IMG/VR virus record: IMGVR_UViG_3300010354_000084
Location: 233-64,232 of that record
Length of the DNA: 64,000 nt
Reading direction: 5' to 3' (one strand)
Origin: a virus
Lineage: Duplodnaviria > Caudoviricetes
Shown here: piece after piece, positions 22,555 to 34,500 of the stretch
Layout of the letters: each line of letters begins with the position of its first letter
Position numbering within the stretch: the stretch's first letter is position 1
Notes under the pieces: generated by a model
What the model was told of the DNA's origin: nothing
Seen by the model: the letters and a program-made list of their open reading frames with translations, nothing else
The model's database searches: none
Position numbers and translations under genes: made by a program

Positions 22555-25500
22555 ATGAGCTTAAAGTTCAATCCAAAAAAGCAATTTATTGAATCATCTG
22601 AACTTAACTTAAACGGAAAATCTTTTCTAACATTAAGTTCAGGTGAAGGAACTGAAAACAAAGAAATTGTTAGAGTTGTTCGTAAAAACGGAACTTCTAG
22701 GGTTGGTTTAAATAGAACTGGAGAGAAGATAGCAAAAGTAACTATCACAAATCCAGGTTCTGGTTATTTAATTACTCCAGCAATTACTGTAAGTTCTCCA
22801 GATGGAAATATAAACTCTAGAGTTGCTGTTTTAAGTGCTGTAAGAGACCCCGATACTGGCAGCATTATTTCTGTACTGATTACTGATCCTGGTAAAGGTT
22901 ACACTTCCCCACCTTCAATTTCATTTAGTGATGCCCCACAAGGAGGTGTTACAGCTAGAGCTACATGTGAATTAGATACTATTGATTATGAATTGGATGT
23001 TTTGGGTGCTATTAGAACATCTGCTTCTATTGTTAGTGACAGTGCTACTGTAACTAACTTAAATGTTCAAAATTTTGTAACTCCAGGTATTTCTCTAAGA
23101 GCACCTAGATTAGTACCATACACAAATTTAACTAATACTAATTTACCTTTTTACGGACAAACAGTATATCCAGAATCTGTTACTCCACCTCTACAAGATC
23201 AAAGTAATAGAATTGCCACAACTAAATTTGTATATGACGTTGCTACAAATGATGTTGGTGGTCGTATCTACGTTTCTTCCGAAATTGGTAGTGATACCAA
23301 CAATGGTAGATCTCCTGCTAAACCAGTAAAGACAATTAAAAAAGCTGCTCAATTAGCAGCTGCTACTCCAGTTAGAGAAACTTTAATTGTTGCTGGTGGA
23401 GAATATTATGAAGATAACCCAATTTCAATTCCACCCCTCTGTTCTGTAATTGGAGATAACTTAAGACTTGTAATTGTCAGACCATTAAATCCTGGTCGCC
23501 ATATGTTTAAGGCGAGTAACCAGAACTATATGAATGGTCTTACTTTCCGTGATGCTTTAGATACTGAAGGTAATCCAGTTTACACTCATAATTTTGCTTT
23601 TGTTTTTGACGATAAACAAAGATTTTATTTTGATGACGAAATTGGTGGAGATCCTACAAGAATTGATGGTTCGGATTCTTTCCAAAGAAGATTTCCAATC
23701 GGACATAAAATGTTCGGTCAAAGAAGTGCTATTCTAAAAATTAAAGAACATGACGGAGATATAACCACTCTACAGACATTAATATCTAATAATATTTCTA
23801 TTGTAGGTCAATCTTCATCTTGTTCTGCTAAAGTATCTTCTATTATATCAGCAACTCCAATTCCTGATTACGAATGGAGTGAAGAACAAGAATATGTTTT
23901 AGAGGATATTATTAGTGTTGAAGATTCTATATACAAAGTTACTACTGCTGGTACTAGTGGAACTATAGCATTTAGTGGTACACTAAGTACTCCAAAGCAA
24001 GCAACAAATGGAACGGCGGCATATATTTATCTTGGCGATAAAAAAGAAGCAATTTTAAATATCATTGTCAATGAAAACTCTCCTGCAGTTACATATACTG
24101 ATGATGAAGTAGTACAGTATACAATTAATAATAATTTTTATTCATTTAATGTAGCACTTTTTACTTCTACCAGAGCTGAGGGAGAAGTTGTTAAGTATGG
24201 AGAAACGGAAGTAAGAAATTATGTAGTACAATCAATAAATGCTTCTTCCTGGTCAACATACCCAACTCCTGGTGATGATGGACAACTAACAGTAGGAAGT
24301 GGTGGAGTTGTAATTACATTTGATGGTCTACATGACTTAAAAGAATTTGATATTGTCAATATTGCCAAACCAAATAATTCCCCATCTGCTTTATCATCTT
24401 TCTTTGGTTATCAAAGAGTTGATGAAGTTTTATATGATTCTGATGGATTTTCAAGAAGAATTGTAATTAAAAAACAGATAGCACCAAATTACAATTCTGT
24501 TTATGAACCACCTCCAGGACAGTGTACTGTTAGAGCAAAGACAAAATATGTTGAAATTAGTTTACTAAACTCTCCATACGGATTTACGGATTCAACATTT
24601 ACTTCATATAGATTTTTAGATGCTGTTACTTTTATTAGAAACAACAGAGATTTTATTGCTGAAGAAATAACTGGCGCAATAACTTCTAAGTATCCAGATT
24701 TTGTTTATCCAGGAACCGCTACATCAAGATATAGATTTAAAGATTCTAGAAACTTAATTTATAAAAATTTAGATTATATTGCTGATGAAGCAATTGGTTG
24801 GTTATACAATGAATCTAATTATGCTGTTTGGGGACAATCCAATTTAGATAAAAAAGATAAGTGTAGAAGAGATGTTAAATATTTCTTACGTGGTGTAGCA
24901 AACGATTTATATGATGGAGGAAATAAAAATAGTATTCTAGTTGCTAAATCATATTTTAACGCAGTAACTGGCGCTCCTATTACTGGAGGTATCGCTGGAG
25001 TAGAAGCACAATCTGTAGCAGTATTCAATAAAGCTAGAGATCTAGCAAAACTAGCTATCACAAATTCTCTTCCTGTAAAACCAACATATTCTCCTCTTTC
25101 TCCATATACAGATTTTTCTTTAACAGCAGATCCAACAACAAATACAAACCAACAAAATAGTAATAATTGTTCTGATGTACGAACTGCTATTGACAACTTA
25201 GCATTTATTGTAACTGATACAATAATTAATGGAGTTAATGTATTACCAGAACCAACATCAAATACTCAAGATGGAGAAAATTTCTGTAAGAGAGATATTA
25301 AGCATATTTTAAATGCTGTTATGGCGGATCTTCCATATGGCGGCAATGCTATTTCAGTTGAAGCTGCAAAATCGTATAGAAATAACTCAACATCTTCTAT
25401 TGAATATATTGCCAATCAACATAGACAATCTAGATTTGCTTTTAGATTAGCTAGAGATTATTCAATCTTAGCTATGAGAAATTGGCAAACAAAAATTAAT

Positions 25501-28500
25501 ATGACATTCTTTGAAGACAGTGACGTAGTTGAAGTTAACTCAACGGTTGGTCTCGTTCCTAAAATGAGATTGTATTATTACAATCTATCCGACCAGCAAG
25601 TTGCTACAGATTATTACATCAAAGAAGTACTTTCGCCAACTCAAGTAAGAATTTGGAAGCATTCTACAGGAACTTCTGGTTCTGATCATACTTTAGATGG
25701 ATCTGGAAGCACTGCTGGAAACACAAGACCAATTAATCTAAAATTAGAAGAAGGTCAAACTTCACTTTTATCTCAGTGGAGAGATGATTTAGTTCCAAGA
25801 ACAACTGATTATCCAGAATTTCCAGAATGTGCTGATGTTGCTAATACATTAATAAATTTATTTACATTAATTACAGATATCGTAACTAATAATACCGACG
25901 ATCGCTATTTTGATGCTACTGATTTAATAGATGCTAATAAAGAATTTATTGCTGAAGAAGTATCTGGATGGTTAAAAGAAACCTATGATGGATTTGCTTA
26001 TCCATTACCAGTATTCACTAAAATTGTTTTAGAACAATCTGTGGCGGATGTATATCCTTCTTATCTAAAAGTTAATAACTTATCTGACATAAAAGTTGGA
26101 CAACTAGTTTCCGTATCGGGTGATGCTATATCAGATAACACTTACATATCTTCTATAGATTATGATAACAATAGAATTTATTTAACTAAACCATTAAATG
26201 CTTTAGTTGGCGATGAAGTTACAATTCATCCTGATGTTTATCTAGATGAATCAATGAGATATAAGGATGCTTCAAACCTTATTCTCAAGAATAAAAACTA
26301 TATTGCCGATAGAGCTCTTGCTGAAGTTGCTGTAGAATATCCAGATTTTAATTTTCCAGGAAATTCAGTAACAGATGAATTTAGTAGATTTGCTGATGGT
26401 TATCGTTTGATTCAGCAAAATAAAAAAGAAATTATTGATTTTGCTTCTGCTGAAATTGCTGTTCAACATCCAGATTTTTATTTCCCTGGAGATACACAGA
26501 CTACACAAAGATCTAGATTTAAAGATTCGTATCGTTTAATTCAATTAAATCGTCAAGAAATTATCGATAGCGCCTATGCCGTTATGGCATCTGCTGGACT
26601 TCCTAACCCAGCCCCAACTGATCTAGAAAATAAGTGTAAGCGTGATATTGGGTTCTTAGTTGATTACATTTCTTTAGATATTTTTGTTGGTGGCAATACA
26701 TACGCTAGAAAATTTATTCTATCATATTTTGATGGAAATAATTTTATTTCGAATGGATTGGCAGGTGAAGTAACACAATCTATCACAGCATTTAATGCTG
26801 CTAGAGATCTGATGAAGCAAGCGATTGCTAATCAATTGACTATCAAAGATTTAACTATCACCGATGATCCATTAACTAATGATAACACAGATCCTAACTC
26901 ATGTGCTAATGTACAATCTGCCATCACATCATTAGTTGCTGTTGTAACAGATGTATTATCATCATTAGATTTGAATGACTTAGCAGTAGAAAATGATGGA
27001 AACAATAATAGATATGAAGATGCTGCTGATCTCATTTATAGTAACAAGCAGGAAATTATTGATCGTGCTGCTGCTCAGATTGGTGTAGATTATCCAGATT
27101 TTTATTATCCTGGAGATCCACAAACAACTCCAAGATCAAGATTTAAAGATTCTTATCGTCTAATTCAACAAAATAAAACTGAAATTGTTACTACTGCTTG
27201 GACTAATATGGTTACGCAGTACCCAGCAGTTGCTTCAACAGAAACAAAATGTAAGCGTGATTTAGGATATTTTGTTGATGCTATTTCTCTTGATCTTGCT
27301 CAAGGTGGTGGTAATAAGTACTCTCGTAAATTTGTGTTACAATATTTTAATAATGGAGTTCCTATTTCTAATGGTCTTGTTGGTGAAGTCACTGAAAGTG
27401 TTTATGCTTTTAATCAAGCAAAAAACTTAATGCAGGCAGCGATTACTAACCAATTAACTGTAAAAGATCTAACAATAACCGCAGATCCAAATCCAGGAAC
27501 TGGATCTTCGTCGAATACAAATATTACTTCTTGCTCTAATGTACAAACAACTATTTCAAATTTAACTGGTTTAGTTACTAGTGTATTACAAAACGGAAAT
27601 CTGTCTGGATTAGCGGAAGAAACAAATGGAATTATTCCAGATGGCGAAGCAAAATGTAAGAGAGATATAGGACATTTTGTAAATGCTATTGAAGCAGATT
27701 TAAGACAGTTAACTGATTACAATACAAGAACATTTTTATCATATTATTTTGAGGAAGATGGAACAGGTTGGGCAAGCACAACTCTAGAAGGAGAACAAAC
27801 TCAATCTATTGTTGCTTTTGAAAAGGCGAGGGATGTTATTATCTTAGCATTCACGAATCAGTTATATGAGAAAGATTTAACTATTACAGAAGATCCTTTA
27901 ACTGGAAGCAATATAGATCCAGATTCTTGTTCAGATGTTCAAACTCTTGTAGGAACTCTAACTACATTAGTGACAGACACTATTACCGCTGGATCTCTTG
28001 GATCTTCTAGACAGAATTTTATTTCTGCTGCTACATATAATATTCTTCGTGGGGAGATTAAATGTAAGAGAGATATCGGATACTTTGTTGATGCTGTTTC
28101 TTTGGATGTATTCACAAAAGGAAACATATACTCCAGAGAATTTACAAAGCAATATTTCACTAATGTTTCTTCCCCATTAACAAATGGTTTAGTAGGAGAA
28201 ACCGCTGAATCTATCACAGCTTTTAATAAAGCTCGTGACATGATGAAAAAAGCGGTAACAAATCAATTATTTGTGAAAGATTTAACTTTATCGGAAGGTC
28301 CTGCTACTTATGGTGGTGGCGGTGGAGATATTCCATTACTTCCTTCTGGAAATACAAACTCTTGTGTTGATGTACAATCTGCTATCACAACTGCTACACA
28401 AATTATTACAACAGTAATTTCCGATGGTGACTTAGCATCTCTAGATTCATTCACAGAATCTCAAGGAGAATTTGGTATTGGGGAAACTAAGTGCCGTAGA

Positions 28501-31500
28501 GATATTGGTTACATTATTGATTCTGTAGCAAAAGATCTTGCTGATGGCGGAAATTGGAGATCTGTAACTGCTGCTAGATATTATTTCACTGAAGGTCAAC
28601 CAATTTCAAATGGTTTGGTTGGTGAAGAAGCAGCTTCTATTGTTGCTTTTAATAAAGCAAAAGATTTAATGATTTCTGCTATCACAAATCAATTAAATTA
28701 TCATGATCTTTCTATTAGTATAGATCCAGAGAGATTATCAAACCTCGACAAATATTCATGTGCTAATGTTCAGTCAACTATTACAAATTTAGTATCAATC
28801 ATCACTACAATAATTGATGATGGTAACCTAAATTCATTGAATGGTATTACTGTTACCAAAGGATCTTATTCAACGAATGAAAGAAAGTGTGTAAGAGATA
28901 TCAAATATATGATTGATGCTGTCATTAATGACATCACTTTAAATGATTCAAATAAAAACAGTATTAATTATGCTAATTTCTACAAGCAACAAAATGGTAA
29001 TATTAAATTAATTGATAGTCAATTAATTCAGTCTGTTGCTGCTTTTAGAAAGACTAGAGATCTCTGTGTTCTTGCTATGAGAAATTGGACAGAGTTCCCA
29101 CAAAAACAATTATATAATAAGAAATACACAGATTTGAATTACATTAGAGATGAATTTGTAATTGTAGATGATGAAACGCCATACTGTTCTAATGTGGCAT
29201 CGGCAATTACTTCTAGATTTGATTTGATTATTAACATTTTAACTGGAGATGCTGATAATGAATACTTAGATACTGCCAATCAAATTGCTATTAATGAAAA
29301 CTTTATTATTGAGGAATCACTCGCTGCTGGCGAAGTCGCTTTCCCGAATACCACAATTCCAAATATTACTAAGTGTAAGAGGGATTTAAGATTTATTCTT
29401 CGTGCTATTCAACGTGATGTAATTTTAGGAGGAACTGTAGGAATTATTAGAGCTGCCGATTCTTATTTAACTGGCGCTAATTCAGGTGTAGATTTTGTTG
29501 GAGATCAATTAGGAAAAACTCTACACATTTATGAATATGCTAAGCATATGGCAATTGCTGCTACAAGAAATTGGCATTTTGAAATACAAAATTGCGCAAC
29601 TTCTGGTGGTTTTGCTACTGTATCAGTTCCAAATACTGATGGAATAGTTATTGGAATGAGAGTATCTGCTAATCAATTCAGATATACTGATTACACCCCA
29701 AATGCTTATGCTCACGTAATTGGAATTGACAGAGAAGATAATATAATTACCTTAGATCAAGTAGCAAATGTAACTACAACTACAGCAAAACTGTACTTCA
29801 CTTTCAGTGAAGTTGGTGCTCCTTGGTTCGATGCTGCTAATAGTATTTCTGCCAACAAGACTTTTATTGCTCAAGAAGCTGTAGGATATATTGAAGATAT
29901 CTATCCATATTTAACTACATTGAATGCCTCGCCAGGATATACTGAATTAGTATCAGATTATGATAATGCTACGTGTCAGCGAGATATCGGATATGTTTTA
30001 GATGCTTTCATTCATGATTTAAGATTTGGAGGAAACTCAGAAACAATTAGAGCAGCAGAATATTACCGAGATGCTTCTGGTCACTTAGATTATATTGGTA
30101 ATCAGTTAATTCAAAGTCTAGAGACATTTGAAAAAGTAAAGGATTTAGCAATTCTTTCTATAAGAAATTGGAAGACTGGTTCTAGCACAACATATACCAA
30201 AGAATATGCTACAGCAAATTATGTAGTAAATAATGATCTTTTAGATGATCCATCTGGTTATCCAGAATGTGCTTTCGTTGAATCTTCTATTGAATCACTG
30301 TTTGAACAATTTATTGATGTACTAACAAATAATTCTGGTGGCACTAAGATTGATGCTGCTAGATTAATCGCTAGAAATTTTGTATATATTGCTGAAGAAG
30401 CATTAGGTGCTGCTAACAATCAATATCCTTTAATTAACATACCAGATGAAACTAAGTGTAAGAGAGATATTCAGTTAGTATTAACAGCGATTATTAAAGA
30501 TATAATTACTGGAGGAAACTCTGGAATTCTACAGGCAACAGAAGCTTACTTAACACCAGTGGGAGCTGTAACATTCATTAATGATGAATTACAAAAGAGT
30601 CAGTATGCTTTTGAATATGCTAAGAATTTAGCAAAATTAGCAATTACAAATAACTTACCAGCAGGAACATATACTCTAGAAACTCCTTATACAGATCTTT
30701 CTATTTTACCAGATCCTATTACAAATGATAATACTGATCCAGATTCTTGTGCTAATATTCAAAGCACTATAGAATCTATCTGGGCAATTTTAGATAGTGT
30801 TTTAACTCAATCTGGTGCTCCATTACCATCTCCAAATTATGGTATTCAATATAATGTTATTAAATATTATCCACAAAACTTCCCTGGAAAGTTTGCTGGA
30901 ACATACTTTAAAGGATTACAACGTGCTTCTACAGATGAATTTATCACTGAAGATACTTCATATCCAGAATGTTCAACTGTTGTAACCACTCTAATAAATT
31001 TATTTGCTATTTTATCTTCTACATTAAATGGCAATCCTTTACCAGAAGTCACAAACGATAATCCATTCACACCTACATTAAACCAAGGTACTCTTTATAA
31101 CCCAACAGTTATACAAGGTTCTGGAACTATGACTGATGCTGGTAATAGACCAGTAATTCGTGGCAGAATGATTAATGCTAATGATGTAATTGAAGTATCT
31201 CCTTATATCCAAAACTGTTCTATTATTTCATTCTTAGGTGGCGGTGGATGTGAGGTTGATGGTTCTAAGATCAAGCAAATTAACGTACCTCGTCCTGGAT
31301 TAGACGAGAATGGTAAATCTATTTTAGCACCTCAGGGTAAATCAATGGTTGCTAATGCGTTTACCATTATTTCTCAAGGGGGTACTGGTTACTTAGTTAA
31401 AGAAGATGGTTACTGTCAGCTTGTGTCTGTGTTCTGTATCTTCTGTCAAGATGGTATTCTTGCTGAGACTGGTGGATATGCTTCTGTAACTAACTCTGCT

Positions 31501-34500
31501 TCAAACTTTGGTACATATGCTTTACGTGCCACTGGTTATAGAAGAGAACCATATTCTTTCGATATTGGAACCATTGGAGAAATTGGTGTTAGTTCTGCTG
31601 GTAAAACAATATTTAAACTTAATGGTTTAGGAAGAAAACCACAAGAAAACTTTATTATGAAAATTGATGGATATCAGAATGTCGTTTCTGATATCGAATA
31701 TTTTGTTACCGTAGTATCACAAACAACAGTTGGTGGTACAGGAGAAGTTTCTTCTCGAATTGAATTAAATGATGCTATTTTAGTTAAAAATATATCTTCA
31801 GGGTTAACTGTAAATCTGAACACTTCCGAATTAATTGGCAAGACTGTAAGATTATTCAGACCATCTATTATTAACTCATCTGGTCATTCATTTGAATATA
31901 TTGGTTCTGGTATTAATTATTATGGTCTACCAGAAAATGGTGGTCAGAAAAAAGAAGATAACGAACAAGTATCTCAAAGATATGGTAGAGTTTATGCTTC
32001 AGGTACTGATGAAGCGGGAGACTTCAAAGTAGGTCGTACAGTGAAGATGGAAAACCGTACAGGTAACATCTACTTCACTGGTCAGGTATCAATTTCTGAG
32101 ATTGAATTCTTACGTATTCGTGGTGGTGATCTTATAGTTACTGGTTTTGATCAATCACCAACCTTAGGTGGTGCTGCTGCTACAAATCAAAAACTACCTA
32201 CACAAAAAGCAGTTCGAGATTTTGTAACAAATAACCTTGGTCCTTTCTTCAATAAACCATATTCAACCAACCCAGTACCAAATGCTCTGGTAGAACTTGG
32301 AAATGATGGTAAGATTAACTTAGATCAAATTCCTCCCATCAGACCATTCAAAGTTTATACAGTTGCTAATAGCACAGAAAGATTAGCATTAGAAGGTTTA
32401 AATTCTGGTGATATTGCTGTTCAGGTAACTAGATTAAATGATGTTGTTAGTTATACTGATGTAGATGTAGCGAATAATAAAATCTATACACCAAAAACTG
32501 GATTTAGTAGTGGTCAAATTGTAAGTATCACAAATGTTACTGGTGATCCTATACTTACTGATGGTGGACCTGTAACTAGTGGAAATTTTTATTATATTAT
32601 TGTATTAGAAAATAATTACATTCAATTAGCATCTTCTCCAGAAAATGTTATTAATGAAATTCCATTAGTAATTACAGATGAAGGAAATGGAAACACTTCT
32701 ATTGAGATTGCTACAGGAACTGTATCTTATATTTTGAACAATGATTCAGATTCTCAATTCTTAGCATATGCTCCAGATTCCGATGTCACTTTCACAAATG
32801 GACAACTTGTAATTGGATCAGCAACTGGAGCAATCGGCACTGTAGACGATACTTTAGAAGGAACATTATATTCAATTTCTGTAGTTTCGGGAGGAAACGT
32901 TTATTTAAATGAGTCTCCATCTATTATAATTTCTGCTCCAGATCTTCCAGGTGGTGTTCAAGCAACAGCCACAGCTGATGTAGTTGGTCTTAGAATTTCT
33001 TCTATTAAAATTACAGAAAAAGGAAGTGGGTATAGCACACCTCCAACAATTCAATCTTCTATTGGAGAAATTGCCTGGTCTTCTGGACAATCATATGACG
33101 TTGATGACTTAATTTATGTTGGAACTAATTTATATACGGTAACAATTTCTGGAACTTCTGGAAATTCTGCTTTTAGTGGACAGTCTGTTACTCCACAACC
33201 AGCAGATGGTGGAACTTGCTTCTACTCGTATGTTGGAGAAAGAGCTGAAATAATAGGATTTGTTGAGAGTAGAGTTTACATTAACATTGAAAATGCCACA
33301 AAATTTATTGATACGGACAATATTGAAGATCATTCAACTCCACAAAACACAGTTAATATTTCTAGAGTAGTTAATACTTCAAGTACGAATGAATTCAATT
33401 GGGTTCCATTGACTACTGCTTCTATTGATGCTTCCAGTATTTCTACAGGAACAATTTCCACTTCAAGATTATCATTACCAAATAGTGGATCAGCAAACTC
33501 ATTTACATTTTTAAGAGGTGACCAATCTTATAAACCAGTTGTACAAGGATTGAAATTACCAGAAACTAAATTCTTACAGAAAGTACTAATTACTTCTGAG
33601 AGTGGATTAAGTTATTTAACTTTCCCACTAACTAGTTTAATACAAACTGGACAGAGAGTTGAAGGTAATGGCATTCCAGCGGATACAATTGTTAGTGATA
33701 CAGTAACAATTTCTGGAAACACTAGGGTAATTTTAAGTTCTTTAATAACAAATACTATAACAAAAAATAGTATTATTACTTTCTATAGAACAGAAACACC
33801 ATTACAATTTGATTCCACCTTCACTAAAGGTGCTTATGCTGCTAATATTTTTATAGAAAATCCTGGTAATTATTTCATATCTACTGGTTCTGGAAATAGT
33901 GGAGAAAATACTATTATTGTTGTTGATGGAACAGGAGTAATCTTAAATCAACAAGTAACTGGAACTGGTATAGGAACTAATGCTACTGTAACTGATGTTA
34001 CATTTACAACTGGAACAGAAGCAATTATTACACTATCCACAAATAATACTTCTTCTATTACTAACCAATCAATACAATTCGGCAGACCATTTACAACAGG
34101 AACATTCAACAATATTGAACTATTCGGTTCAAATACTGGATCTGGTGCTAAAGCTTCATTTACCATACAGAATGGTTTAATTTCAAACGCAGTAATTACT
34201 GATGGTGGAATTGGGTATACTGAAGATTTCTTCATAAGTCCAATTCCAGGAGCACTTGGTACTGGCACAGGTGCTATATTGAAAGTACTTGCTTCATCAC
34301 AACAAACTTATTTCTCAAATATTGAAGTCGATATTAAGAGAGTAAATAACCAGACAACATCATTAGATCCATATGGAACTGTAGGTGTTGCTAGATTCTT
34401 AAAATCTCAATTTAATTATGGACCAAATGGTGCTCTATCATTAAAAACTGGACCAGAATCTGGATTAGATTCTGACTTATTAGATGGTAAGCAAGGAGCA

